Assembly: GCA_965230295.1 (NCBI GenBank) | Contig: OZ246001.1 | Span: 1,824,001 to 1,888,000, forward strand | Direction of reading: 5' to 3' | Source: Marinicella sp. | GTDB taxonomy: Bacteria > Pseudomonadota > Gammaproteobacteria > Xanthomonadales > Marinicellaceae | DNA length: 64,000 bases | In this document: positions 51,258-61,196 of the stretch, piece by piece | Layout: each line of letters begins with the position of its first letter | How positions within the stretch are numbered: position 1 is the stretch's first letter | Notes under the pieces: model-generated | What the model was told of the DNA's origin: nothing | Database searches by the model: none | Seen by the model: only the letters and a program-made list of their open reading frames with translations | Position numbers and translations under genes: made by a program

Positions 51258-52687
51258 GCGTTCACTCCCACAGCATCTGCACTGTTGTCTTTTTCTGTAT
51301 GCGCATCAGGACTGGGTGCGCCCTTGATGGTTTTCCATGTGTTGTATGCCTGAATCAAAGCCCCAATCAAGAACAACACACCGCCAATCACCCGGATGAC
51401 GTAATAAGGGTAAGTGGCTTCTATACTTTCAACATGGCTATAAACCAATGAGCCATTGGCATCCACTTCACGCCACATCAAGCCTTGCATCACACCGGCA
51501 ATCCACATCGATGCGATGTACAGCACGATGCCTAAGGTGGCTATCCAGAAATGCACGTTGATCAGGTGGGTGCTGTACATGCCAGCTCGGCCCCACAAAC
51601 GCGGCACCAGGGTGTACATAGAAGCCATGGTCATTAAGGCCACCCAACCCAATGCGCCAGAATGCACATGGCCGATGGTCCAGTCTGTGTAGTGTGACAA
51701 GGCATTGACGGTTTTGATCGACATCATGGGCCCTTCAAAAGTACTCATACCATAGAATGACAGGGCCACAATCATCATTTTTATGATCGGATCAGATCGC
51801 AGTTTGTCCCATGCACCAGATAAGGTCATCATGCCGTTGATCATGCCGCCCCAGGAGGGTGCCAACAAGATCAAAGAAAAGACCATGCCCAATGACTGTG
51901 CCCAATCGGGTAATGATGTGTATTGTAAGTGGTGTGGTCCAGCCCACATGTAAGTCGAAACCAAGGCCCAAAAATGCACAATGGATAAACGGTATGAATA
52001 AACCGGGCGTTCAGCTTGTTTGGGAACAAAGTAATACATCATTCCCAAGAAACCGGCGGTCAGGAAAAAGCCTACCGCATTGTGCCCATACCACCACTGG
52101 GTTAAGGCATCAACCGCGCCTGAGAACACCGGGTAAGACAAGTGCCAATTCACCGGTATCGCCAGATTGTTGACAATGTGCAACACCGCGACGGTGATGA
52201 TGAATGCCGCATAGAACCAATTGGCCACATAGATGTGTTTAACAGTGCGGGTGGCGATGGTGCCGAAATAAACAATGGCATACAGCACCCAAACAACCGT
52301 CAAAAGTACATCCAATGGCCATATCAATTCAGCATACTCTTTGCCTTGAGTGAATCCGAATGGCAGGGTTAAAGCCGCACCTACTATGACCAATTGATAA
52401 CCCCAAAACACCACACTGGCCAAGGTGTTGGAATACAATTTCACCTGACAAGTTCGCTGTGCGATGTAAAAGGAGGTTCCCAACAGCGCATTGCCGCCAA
52501 ATGCAAAAATCACCGCATTGGTATGCAGTGGCCTGAGGCGAGAATACGTAAGCCAAGGAATATCAAAATTGAATGCCGGCCATGCCAGTTGAATGGCAAT
52601 AAAAACGCCAACCAACATACCAACAATTCCCCAAAATATTGTTGCAATGGTGAATTGCTTAACTACTCTATCGTTAAAATCAATCAT
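51254..52687 (-). CDS. ccoN: cbb3 cytochrome c oxidase subunit I
   Basis: Motifs [25 protein letters not shown] and [13 protein letters not shown]. Confidence 0.98.
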   Translation of the reverse strand: MIDFNDRVVKQFTIATIFWGIVGMLVGVFIAIQLAWPAFNFDIPWLTYSRLRPLHTNAVIFAFGGNALLGTSFYIAQRTCQVKLYSNTLASVVFWGYQLVIVGAALTLPFGFTQGKEYAELIWPLDVLLTVVWVLYAIVYFGTIATRTVKHIYVANWFYAAFIITVAVLHIVNNLAIPVNWHLSYPVFSGAVDALTQWWYGHNAVGFFLTAGFLGMMYYFVPKQAERPVYSYRLSIVHFWALVSTYMWAGPHHLQYTSLPDWAQSLGMVFSLILLAPSWGGMINGMMTLSGAWDKLRSDPIIKMMIVALSFYGMSTFEGPMMSIKTVNALSHYTDWTIGHVHSGALGWVALMTMASMYTLVPRLWGRAGMYSTHLINVHFWIATLGIVLYIASMWIAGVMQGLMWREVDANGSLVYSHVESIEATYPYYVIRVIGGVLFLIGALIQAYNTWKTIKGAPSPDAHTEKDNSADAVGVNA

Positions 52688-52755
52688 ATTTTCAATCTAA
52701 TGTTGCCCATTTAGTGATTGGCTTGAATTATAATGACTGCAATAGCTTGGAGAGG

Positions 52756-52769
52756 TTGACCTATGTCAA
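52756..52769. promoter_or_regulatory. FNR-type box
   Basis: TTGAC-CTAT-GTCAA between the divergent ccoN and fnr genes. Confidence 0.75.
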
Positions 52770-52803
52770 GATTCGAGTACATAAGACCAGAAAAATTGAA
52801 AAT

Positions 52804-53526
52804 ATGCTGAACCCAAACATTCATTTACAAAAATCAAAAACCAGTAATTGTGGCGATTGTGAGTTGTGTACCCATGTGGTGGATAATCGCCGGGTGAGGA
52901 TACAGACCTCTGAAATAGAAGCCATCGAATCGATCATTGATTCACACATCATGATAGAAAAGAATCAAATTGTTTATGAGGCCGGTGCCACCTTTCAAAA
53001 TTTATATACGGTACATTCCGGGATGTTTAAATCGGTGTACTTGACCCACCAAGGTGATGAACGCATCGTTGATGTTTTTATCCCGGGTCAGATCATGGGA
53101 TTTGATGGCATCCATGAAGGTAAGTACAAAACCACCGTCAAGGCTGTCAGTTCAGGGTCTTATTGTGTAATACCATTTTACCCGCTGCAAGAGTTGGCCT
53201 TGAAACACCGGGATATTCAAACCCGCATCATGAAGATGATGAGTGAGAAAATCATCCAATACGAAATCACCCACAGTGAATACAATGCCAAACAAAAACT
53301 GGTCAGTTTCATTAAAGATGTTTCAAATTTATATTTCTCACGGGGGTTTTCTGCCAGTCAGTTTCCCTTTCAAGTGTCACAACGAGATTTGGCCAACTAT
53401 TTGGGTCTGGCGGAAGAAACTTTGAGTCGGGTGTTCACAAAGTTGAAAAAAAATGAAATATTATCTTTGGCAGACCATCAAATAACCATCATAGATATGC
53501 CAAAATTTTTACAAGTGCTGGAGTGA
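52804..53526 (+). CDS. fnr: Crp/Fnr family regulator (FNR/Anr-like)
   Basis: N-terminal Cys cluster, G...GFDG, and the HTH LANYLGLAEETLSRVF. It is divergent from ccoN. Likely start ATG at 52804. Confidence 0.85.
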   Translation: MLNPNIHLQKSKTSNCGDCELCTHVVDNRRVRIQTSEIEAIESIIDSHIMIEKNQIVYEAGATFQNLYTVHSGMFKSVYLTHQGDERIVDVFIPGQIMGFDGIHEGKYKTTVKAVSSGSYCVIPFYPLQELALKHRDIQTRIMKMMSEKIIQYEITHSEYNAKQKLVSFIKDVSNLYFSRGFSASQFPFQVSQRDLANYLGLAEETLSRVFTKLKKNEILSLADHQITIIDMPKFLQVLE

Positions 53527-53788
53527 GATTGAATTATTTAACTTCATCCCCATATTGGCACACTGGAGCAGTAAAGCCAGCAAGGTAACATGTTTTACCT
53601 CTGGTTTAGAATAGTCAACCACTCATTATATCCGACTTGTTAGGAATAACATCGGGGGACGAGCATCAGTCACTATTCAAGCATTGAACACACACCTTTG
53701 ACATACCAATGGCATCTTGTGCCGAGGACAAAAGGTGTTTTAAATCACTAATTATCCTTTTGACCAAAGGTATTAATGGAGAACATAA

Positions 53789-54115
53789 ATGAGCGAAAAT
53801 ATTATCCAAGCCACAGACGCCACTTTTGAAGACATCACCAACTCAGATGTACCGGTACTGGTGGACTACTGGGCAGAATGGTGTGGACCATGTCGCATGA
53901 TTGCACCTATTTTGGAAGAAGTTGCTGATGAATTAGATGGCCAGGTTAAAGTGGCCAAGCTGAACATTGAAGACAACAAGGAAACGGCCGTAAAAATGGC
54001 CATCAGAGGTATCCCTACCTTAATGGTGTTCAAAAATGGTGAAGTCATTGATCAACACGTGGGTGCGGTATCAAAAGGCCAGCTGATGGACTTTTTGAGC
54101 AAACACACTTCATAA
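53789..54115 (+). CDS. trxA: thioredoxin 1
   Basis: WAEWCGPC and GIPTL, upstream of rho. Confidence 0.96.
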   Translation: MSENIIQATDATFEDITNSDVPVLVDYWAEWCGPCRMIAPILEEVADELDGQVKVAKLNIEDNKETAVKMAIRGIPTLMVFKNGEVIDQHVGAVSKGQLMDFLSKHTS

Positions 54116-54123
54116 ATCGGATA

Positions 54124-54158
54124 AAGCGCCTGAATTTCAGTCTATTCAGGCGTTTTTT
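54124..54158 (+). terminator. intrinsic terminator after trxA
   Basis: GCGCCTGAAT-TTCAGTCT-ATTCAGGCGTTTTTT. Confidence 0.8.
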
Positions 54159-54361
54159 ACTTTTCAGGCTGGACAGTCACAAACTAACATGGTAGTTTAT
54201 ACACCATCAATTCCGACAAGCCTTTTGTCGAAAGCTTAATCCTTAAAATTTAACTGGCTCACATCTCACATGCATGATGTCGTGTCGTTAATTAAGGGCA
54301 TTTATTAACTGACTAACAAACCTCAATCACCATACAGGCATTCTGCCACTAACCAAGTCTT

Positions 54362-55618
54362 ATGAACCTATCAGAACTTAAACAAATGTCGACACCTAAG
54401 TTGACTGAAATTGCCAAGAAAACCGGCGTTGAAACCCGTTCACGTGTACACAAACAACAAATGATTTTTTCTATTTTGAAAAAACATGCCAAAAAAGGAG
54501 AAGACATTTTTGGCGATGGTGTGCTTGAAGTGTTGCCAGATGGTTTTGGTTTTTTGCGAGCCCCGGAGGGATCTTATCAGGCAGGGCCCGATGACATCTA
54601 TGTCTCTCCCAGTCAAATCAGGCGATTTGGCTTACAAACGGGTGATACCATTGTCGGAAAAATCAGGCCTCCGAAAGATTCTGAGCGCTACTTTGCTTTG
54701 TTACAAGTCAGCACCATCAACTATGAGCCGCCTGAAAACACCAAAGGCAAAATTATTTTTGAAAACCTCACTCCACTGTTTGCCACAGAGCAATTAAAAA
54801 TGGAACGTGGGGATGGCTCAAGAGAAGACTTGACCACCCGCATCATTGATTTGGTGGCTCCCATTGGTAAAGGCCAGCGTGGCTTGATCGTGTCACCACC
54901 CAAAGCGGGTAAAACCATGATCTTGCAAAACATAGCCACTTCAATTGCTTTGAACAACCCGGAGGCCAAATTATTTGTGTTGTTGATTGATGAGCGACCA
55001 GAAGAGGTCACCGACATGCAGCGTACGGTCAAAGGTGAGGTGATAGCATCAACCTTTGATGAGCCAGCCACCCGACACGTACAAGTGGCAGACATGGTGA
55101 TTGAACGAGCCAAGCGCTTGGTCGAGCACAAACAAGATGTGATTATTTTGTTGGATTCGATCACCCGTCTGGCCAGAGCCTATAACACCGTAACACCGGC
55201 TTCAGGCAAAATCCTCACCGGTGGTGTGGATGCCAATGCCTTGCATCGCCCGAAAAAATTCTTTGGCGCAGCCAGGAACGTGGAAGAGGGTGGTTCTTTG
55301 ACCATCATCGCCACCGGTTTGGTTGAAACGGGGTCGAAAATGGATGAGGTGATTTTTGAAGAGTTTAAAGGTACCGGTAACATGGAAGTCCATTTGGATC
55401 GACGTGCAGCCGAAAAACGCATCTGGCCAGCCCTGAACATCAATAAATCAGGCACCCGTCGTGAAGACTTGATTGTGGATCCGGACTTCCTTGCCAAAGC
55501 ACACATCTTGCGAAAAATTTTGAATCCTATGGATGATTTGCAGGCGGTGGAATTTTTGCTAGAAAAACTCAAAGACACCAAAACCAACGAAGAATTCTTT
55601 ACTTCAATGAAGCGTTGA
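54362..55618 (+). CDS. rho: transcription termination factor Rho
   Basis: Motifs [37 protein letters not shown] and [10 protein letters not shown]. Confidence 0.98.
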   Translation: MNLSELKQMSTPKLTEIAKKTGVETRSRVHKQQMIFSILKKHAKKGEDIFGDGVLEVLPDGFGFLRAPEGSYQAGPDDIYVSPSQIRRFGLQTGDTIVGKIRPPKDSERYFALLQVSTINYEPPENTKGKIIFENLTPLFATEQLKMERGDGSREDLTTRIIDLVAPIGKGQRGLIVSPPKAGKTMILQNIATSIALNNPEAKLFVLLIDERPEEVTDMQRTVKGEVIASTFDEPATRHVQVADMVIERAKRLVEHKQDVIILLDSITRLARAYNTVTPASGKILTGGVDANALHRPKKFFGAARNVEEGGSLTIIATGLVETGSKMDEVIFEEFKGTGNMEVHLDRRAAEKRIWPALNINKSGTRREDLIVDPDFLAKAHILRKILNPMDDLQAVEFLLEKLKDTKTNEEFFTSMKR

Positions 55619-55640
55619 TACATTCACTTTGAAACAGCCT

Positions 55641-55758
55641 GTCCTGAGCCTGTTGAAGGGCTCAGTGGCCGCATCCGTTGGCTGAGTACTTCGACCAGCT
55701 CAGCACTGGCTGGAGTCGAAGCCACAACCTGGGAGCGTGAACTTCAGTCCACGTTCAT
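55641..55758. repeat. cluster of REP-like palindromes downstream of rho
   Basis: GTCCTGAGCCTGTTGAAGG, nested GCTGAG..CTTCGACCAGCTCAGC..GGAGTCGAAGC, and the GGAG REP at 55730-55758. Confidence 0.65.
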
Positions 55759-55857
55759 CGTTGAAACGAAGCGCACCGACCAAAACCGGCTTTCTGATCA
55801 TTCAGAGTAACCACAAAATCTAACCACATTCTCACCATCATTGGTTACAATAAACCC

Positions 55858-57375
55858 ATGCCCATTTCGTCCAGAAATACCTATGCAGCCATCGACTTGG
55901 GGTCGAATTCCTTCCACTTATTGGTCGCCACGTTCAAATCGGGTCAAATCTATCCAGTCGATTCAGTCAAGCAGATGGTCCGCTTGGCTGCAGGATTAGA
56001 TGCAGACAAAAACATTTCAACCGAATACCTGAATAAAGCCTATGAGTCGCTGGAATCCATGGCCGCCAGGATTGAAAACATCCCCATTGATCATATCAGA
56101 ATAGTGGGTACCAACACCCTCAGGGTGGCCAAAAACTCAGCTACATTTCTGGCTCGAGCAGAACACATTTTGCGGCATGAAATAGAAATCATTTCTGGCC
56201 GTGAGGAAGCTCGGATGTTGTACTTGGGTGTGGCCCAATCAACCAGTGACAGCCCGGCCAAAAAATTGGTGATGGACATTGGAGGTGGCAGTACGGAGTT
56301 GATCATTGGTGAAGGCATGAGGCCGGAAAAAAGAGAAAGTCTATACATGGGCTGTGTCAGTTACACCCGCAAATACTTCAATGATGGCGTGATCAATGAC
56401 AGCAATTGGAAACGGGCAGTCATCCATGCCTTGCAAGAACTCAACCCTTTTGTGCAAATGTTCAAACAACAAGGTTGGGAACACAGTGTCGGTGCATCAG
56501 GGACCATGCGGGCAACCGCCAAAATATTGGAGGCCAATGGTTGGTCTGATACGGGCATATCATTGACTGGATTGGAGGCATTAAGACAACGGTGCATGGA
56601 TTTGGGACACATTGACCAACTGGACCAACTCAATGGGTTGAGTGAAGAGCGGCGACCTGTTTTCATCGGTGGCTTGGCCATTGTGTATGCTTTGATGAAA
56701 GCCCTATCCATCAATAACATGGACGTTTCTATCGGGGCTTTGCGTGAAGGCTTGTTGTATGAGTTGTTGGATGGCCCCAAACAGATCTCAGTCACCCAGC
56801 GCAGCATCCGTAAACTCAGCGAGCAGTTCACCATCGACTCAGTTCATGCAGAAAGTGTGCATCGACACAGTGAAGACATACTGGGTCATTTGAATATCAA
56901 AATAAAAAAACGAATTCTAGCGTTACTCAATGGTGCCATCAGGCTGCATGAGTTGGGGCTGTCAATTGCCCACAGCCAATACCATAAAATAGGCGCCTAT
57001 GTGATTCAACATGCCGATATGCCAGGGTTTTCGAACCAACAAAAACTCATCATGTCGACCTTGGTTCGTTTGCACCGCCGTAAAATCAGCAAATCTGTCT
57101 TGGCACAATTAACCCAGCGCCAGTACAAACTGGTGGTTCCAGCACTGGTGGTATTGCGGCTGTCAGTGGTGTTTGCCCGCAACCGCCATTTTGAGCCAGT
57201 TCCTTTAGAATCTGTGCGTTGGCAAGGTGACACCATAGACCTTTGCATCAATCCCGATTGGTTGATCGATCATCCCTTGATCAAAGCCGATTTAAAAGAT
57301 GAAGTGAAGCGATTAAACGCGATCAACATTGAACTTAAGCTCAATCAACCGCAAACAGCTGTTGCAAGTCTTTGA
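55858..57375 (+). CDS. ppx: exopolyphosphatase (Ppx/GppA family)
   Basis: Motifs AAIDLGSNSFH, VGTNTLR, ISGREEAR, DIGGGSTE, GALREG and LHELG. Confidence 0.93.
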   Translation: MPISSRNTYAAIDLGSNSFHLLVATFKSGQIYPVDSVKQMVRLAAGLDADKNISTEYLNKAYESLESMAARIENIPIDHIRIVGTNTLRVAKNSATFLARAEHILRHEIEIISGREEARMLYLGVAQSTSDSPAKKLVMDIGGGSTELIIGEGMRPEKRESLYMGCVSYTRKYFNDGVINDSNWKRAVIHALQELNPFVQMFKQQGWEHSVGASGTMRATAKILEANGWSDTGISLTGLEALRQRCMDLGHIDQLDQLNGLSEERRPVFIGGLAIVYALMKALSINNMDVSIGALREGLLYELLDGPKQISVTQRSIRKLSEQFTIDSVHAESVHRHSEDILGHLNIKIKKRILALLNGAIRLHELGLSIAHSQYHKIGAYVIQHADMPGFSNQQKLIMSTLVRLHRRKISKSVLAQLTQRQYKLVVPALVVLRLSVVFARNRHFEPVPLESVRWQGDTIDLCINPDWLIDHPLIKADLKDEVKRLNAINIELKLNQPQTAVASL

Positions 57376-57772
57376 ACGCTTTGAATTCCAAAGCATTGCC
57401 TGAAGGGTCCAAAAAAAACAAAGTGGCTTGTTCTCCAGCCAGCCCTTTGAAACGCACATAGGGTTCGATGATAAAGTCAGTACCAGCTGCGGTTAGTTTG
57501 TCGGCCAGTTGTTGCCAGTCAGACATGGACAAGACCACACCAAAATGAGGAACCGGTACGCCGTGAGCATCCACCTCATTGTTGATCAAGCGAACTTGCC
57601 CGTCATCTCCTAAGGACTCATCTAGATGACAGACCAATTGGTGACCATACAAATCCAAGTCTACCCACTGAGATGAAGAGCGACCGGGTTGGCAACCCAG
57701 GGTGTTGATGTAAAAATCTTTGGCTTCAGCGATGTTGCGCACAGGAATGGCTAAATGAAATGGATTGATCAT
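57341..57772 (-). CDS. VOC/glyoxalase family protein
   Basis: Motifs PFHLAIPV, GHQLVCH, VPVPHFG and DPSGNALEFKAF. Confidence 0.9.
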   Translation of the reverse strand: MINPFHLAIPVRNIAEAKDFYINTLGCQPGRSSSQWVDLDLYGHQLVCHLDESLGDDGQVRLINNEVDAHGVPVPHFGVVLSMSDWQQLADKLTAAGTDFIIEPYVRFKGLAGEQATLFFLDPSGNALEFKAFKDLQQLFAVD

Positions 57773-57828
57773 GGTACAAATTTGTTAGAATTAAACCACG
57801 CCACATCATAACAGCCAGAGTTGATCTT

Positions 57829-58959
57829 TTGAAAGTCATTTTAAACGTCGATGCCATCACCCACCCCATCACTGGAATTGGACAGTATGCCCTTGCGTTG
57901 GGGCAGCAACTTAACAAGCATGCAGAAATCGACGCCATCAAATTTTTTTCTGCTGATCGCTGGGTTGATCAACTGGACACAGCGGAGGCACAAAACCGCT
58001 GGCTCAGTCAATTGCGCCAATGGATCCCGTTCAAGTCCTTGGCATTGAATCTTTATGGGCATCGGCGAGCCAAAAAATTCAAACAACTGACAGAAGGACT
58101 TGAGGATCACGTGTTTCACAGTCCTAACTTTGTGTTGATGGCATTTGCAGGTCGTTCATTGGCCACTTTTCATGATTTGTCTTTTGTGCATTACCGCGAT
58201 ACCCAACCGAATTATCGCCTGCGGTATTTGGACCGTGAAATTCCCAAGACCTTGTCCCAGGCAGACGCCATACTGACACCATCTGAGCATGTAAAGCAAG
58301 AAATCATTGACCACTATGGTTTTCCGGCCGAACAGATTCAAGTCACCCCGTTGGGGGTAACCGCAGGGTTTCAAAAACGCAGCGAAGATGAAATAAAGCC
58401 CACATTGGCCAGCCATCAATTGTCATACAAACAATATATATTGTCGGTGGCTACCACAGAGCCCAGAAAGAACTTGCCTAGATTGCTGGCCGCCTATGGT
58501 CAGTTGCCAGATTCATTGAGATCAAGTCACCCTTTGGTTTTGGTTGGTTCGGCGGGTTGGTTAAACAATGATTTGAACAGTCAAATTCGTTCAATGGTCA
58601 GCCAAGGTCAAATCATTGCTCCAGGCTATGTCAGCCAACAACAACTCCAACACCTGTATGCCGGAGCCAAAATCATGGCCTTACCTTCCTTGTATGAAGG
58701 TTTTGGTCTGCCCATCATTGAAGCCATGGCTTCAGGTTCAGCGGTGCTCACCAGCTTCAACTCAGCCATGCAAGAAGTGGCAGGCTCTCATGCCATGTTG
58801 TGTGACCCACTGGATGTGGACAGCATTGAAGTGGGACTGAGGGCCGCCATTGAAGATGATGCTTGGCGACACCAGGCAGAAATCAATGGTCTGAGCCACA
58901 GCGCACAGTTCACTTGGCGACGTTGTGCGGAAGCAACGGTCAAAGCTTATCAAATGTAA
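57829..58959 (+). CDS. GT4 glycosyltransferase (mannosyltransferase-like)
   Basis: Motifs TGIGQY, TFHDLS, EPRKNL and PSLYEGFGLPIIEAMASG. Confidence 0.92.
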   Translation: MKVILNVDAITHPITGIGQYALALGQQLNKHAEIDAIKFFSADRWVDQLDTAEAQNRWLSQLRQWIPFKSLALNLYGHRRAKKFKQLTEGLEDHVFHSPNFVLMAFAGRSLATFHDLSFVHYRDTQPNYRLRYLDREIPKTLSQADAILTPSEHVKQEIIDHYGFPAEQIQVTPLGVTAGFQKRSEDEIKPTLASHQLSYKQYILSVATTEPRKNLPRLLAAYGQLPDSLRSSHPLVLVGSAGWLNNDLNSQIRSMVSQGQIIAPGYVSQQQLQHLYAGAKIMALPSLYEGFGLPIIEAMASGSAVLTSFNSAMQEVAGSHAMLCDPLDVDSIEVGLRAAIEDDAWRHQAEINGLSHSAQFTWRRCAEATVKAYQM

Positions 58960-58976
58960 AATGACTGAACCACCTT

Positions 58977-59396
58977 TTACAGGCTCAGGAAGGTCTGTAA
59001 ATGTTCCAGTTCTTCTTGCCAGCCACCGACATTGTCTTGTCTGGACTCAGGTGATTTAAAGCCCGACTCAATCAACAACAACTCAGTACCGCCTTCGGGC
59101 AGTGCTGTTAACCGCCATTCAACCAAGGTAGATTCATCTTCACTGAAAGGGATGTCTTTGAATCGCATCCAGCGCCATGCAAAGTAAGTCATGGGCTCGA
59201 CAGCTTCGACCCGCATGGCAAACTGGCCATGATGTTCCCATCCTAACCAACCCAAAGCACCGGCTTTGAGTTCAAATTCAGCACTTTCCCCAAACCATTG
59301 TCCAATGCTGTCAGGGTCGGTGATGGCTAGCCAGACTTTTTCCTGGCTGGATTTTAGGGTCAGGGTACGTTCGATGTTTCTGGTTTCATGTGTCAT
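58977..59396 (-). CDS. SRPBCC/AHSA1 domain protein
   Basis: Motifs KVW.AITDP..I.QW, W.W, T.L...ESGF and GW...L..L. Confidence 0.88.
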   Translation of the reverse strand: MTHETRNIERTLTLKSSQEKVWLAITDPDSIGQWFGESAEFELKAGALGWLGWEHHGQFAMRVEAVEPMTYFAWRWMRFKDIPFSEDESTLVEWRLTALPEGGTELLLIESGFKSPESRQDNVGGWQEELEHLQTFLSL

Positions 59397-59697
59397 CAGG
59401 TTCTCCCAAAAAAGTCTTTAATTTGTCCAGTCGCCGATCCCATAAAGCAGCATAGGGTTGCAACCAGTCGGCCACTTGTTTCAATGGTTCGGCATTCAGT
59501 TGGTGCAAGCGCTGCTTGCCTACCATCTGGGTTTGTACCAAGCCGGTTTTAACCAAAACGTTCAAATGTTTGGTCACAGCTTGGCGGGTGATTTGGCGGT
59601 TTTTGGTCAAGGTACTGATCGATTGTTTGGGCTGTTCTTTCAAACAGGCCAAAATGTCTCTTCTGACCGGGTCAGCCATTGCTTTAAAAATATCCAT
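59386..59697 (-). CDS. ArsR/SmtB family regulator
   Basis: MDIFKAMADPVRRDIL and ITRQAVTKHL.VL...GLV. Start ATG at 59697. Confidence 0.9.
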   Translation of the reverse strand: MDIFKAMADPVRRDILACLKEQPKQSISTLTKNRQITRQAVTKHLNVLVKTGLVQTQMVGKQRLHQLNAEPLKQVADWLQPYAALWDRRLDKLKTFLGEPDDT

Positions 59698-59710
59698 GAA
59701 TGAATTATAC

Positions 59711-59726
59711 GCAACCACATGGTTGC
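59711..59726. promoter_or_regulatory. putative operator of the ArsR-SRPBCC operon
   Basis: Perfect inverted repeat GCAACCA-CA-TGGTTGC, 14 bp upstream of the ArsR start. Confidence 0.65.
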
Positions 59727-59833
59727 ATGTAAAGTAAAACCTGAAGTACCTGGTTATTGAATGTGCCAATGTTCATTGGAAAACCAATTCAATTCATGAA
59801 AAAATATCTTGATCTAATAACCACACTATAGCT

Positions 59834-61036
59834 ATGCAAAACTGGAAAAAAACATCACTGCTTACCCTCGTTGCTTTTATGGTTGTACTGGCAGGAACGT
59901 TTTATTTTTTCAAAATTAACATTTCCTTTCCTTCTCATCAAATAACATTTTCACCAGAGCTGGATCGTGATCGCGACGAAATCAAATGGGTTGGTGAGCA
60001 ACCCAAAAACATCATTGTGTTCATCGCTGATGGTATGGGTTTTGGACATTTGACTTTGGCCATGCACACCCAACAAACAGAATCCACCCCTTCAGTCTGG
60101 CAGTCATTTGAGGTCAAAGGATGGCACGATGCCCGATCGAATTACGGACCTTTAACGGACTCTGAAGCAGGCGCAACAGCCATGTCAACAGGTGTTTCAA
60201 CACGATTTGGTTACATTGGTATCGATGGAGGAGCTCAGCCCGTATCCAATATTTTTGAAGTGGCTGCGGCCCATCAATATGCCACCGGCGTGGTGACCGA
60301 TTCTTATGTTTGGGATGGAACGCCAGCTGGCTTTGTTGCCCACTCCAACGATGAAGATGATGCCAGAGACTTGTTGACACAACTGGCCAACAGCGACTTG
60401 GATTTGGTTTTTGGTGAGCTTGAAGATTTGGGTGAGGGTGATGTACCGGAACTTGAAGAAAGCATAGACATTATGAGCACCCGGTTTCATTTGCTTGATG
60501 GGTCATTGGATTTGCCAACTGGGTCAGACCAATCTAAGCCTGTGGCTGTTTTGTTTGCAGAAGATGAAATCCAAGACCTTGATTCAAAGCCCAATCTGAC
60601 ACGGCTTACAGAAGTGGCTTTGACCTATTTATCTGCCAAAGACCAGCCTTTCTTGTTATTGGTAGAAAGTGAAGAACTGGATTCAGCTTCACACACCAAT
60701 GACGCTTCCAGGGTCATTAAAGGGTTGCAATCGATTCAGGATGCGCTTGCCTTAATTCTAGAGTTTGTCAAAAACAATGGTGATACTTTGGTGGTTTTTA
60801 CCTCTGACCATGAAACAGGTGGCCTGGCCGTTCTGGCAGATTATGATGATTATCCTGATATGCATTTACGCTGGTCTACTAAAGAACACTCGGCAGCTGT
60901 GGTACCGTTGTTTGCTTATGGCCCAGGTGCTGAATTGTTTGCCCAGGTTGAGAGAAACAATGAGGTTGGCATCATTCTGAAGTATTTGCTCCAAGACCAA
61001 TCACCTGTTGATACAGCAGAGGATGTTTCTGAGTGA
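59834..61036 (+). CDS. alkaline phosphatase (PhoA family), N-terminally anchored
   Basis: Motifs IADGMG, TDSEAGATAM (Ser nucleophile), DGTPA, E...D..SH and TSDHETGG. Confidence 0.85.
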   Translation: MQNWKKTSLLTLVAFMVVLAGTFYFFKINISFPSHQITFSPELDRDRDEIKWVGEQPKNIIVFIADGMGFGHLTLAMHTQQTESTPSVWQSFEVKGWHDARSNYGPLTDSEAGATAMSTGVSTRFGYIGIDGGAQPVSNIFEVAAAHQYATGVVTDSYVWDGTPAGFVAHSNDEDDARDLLTQLANSDLDLVFGELEDLGEGDVPELEESIDIMSTRFHLLDGSLDLPTGSDQSKPVAVLFAEDEIQDLDSKPNLTRLTEVALTYLSAKDQPFLLLVESEELDSASHTNDASRVIKGLQSIQDALALILEFVKNNGDTLVVFTSDHETGGLAVLADYDDYPDMHLRWSTKEHSAAVVPLFAYGPGAELFAQVERNNEVGIILKYLLQDQSPVDTAEDVSE

Positions 61037-61196
61037 AGTTGCAAACGATATACCGGCCAATAATTTTCAAAGAGACCAGATGAATGCAGTTGGCCCTTAA
61101 ATGAAGTCCTGAAGACAATCCTATTTAATTGAATCAAGAACTGTAACTTTATTTAACAATCGAGATTTGTTTCATGGATTAACATGACTTGATTTA

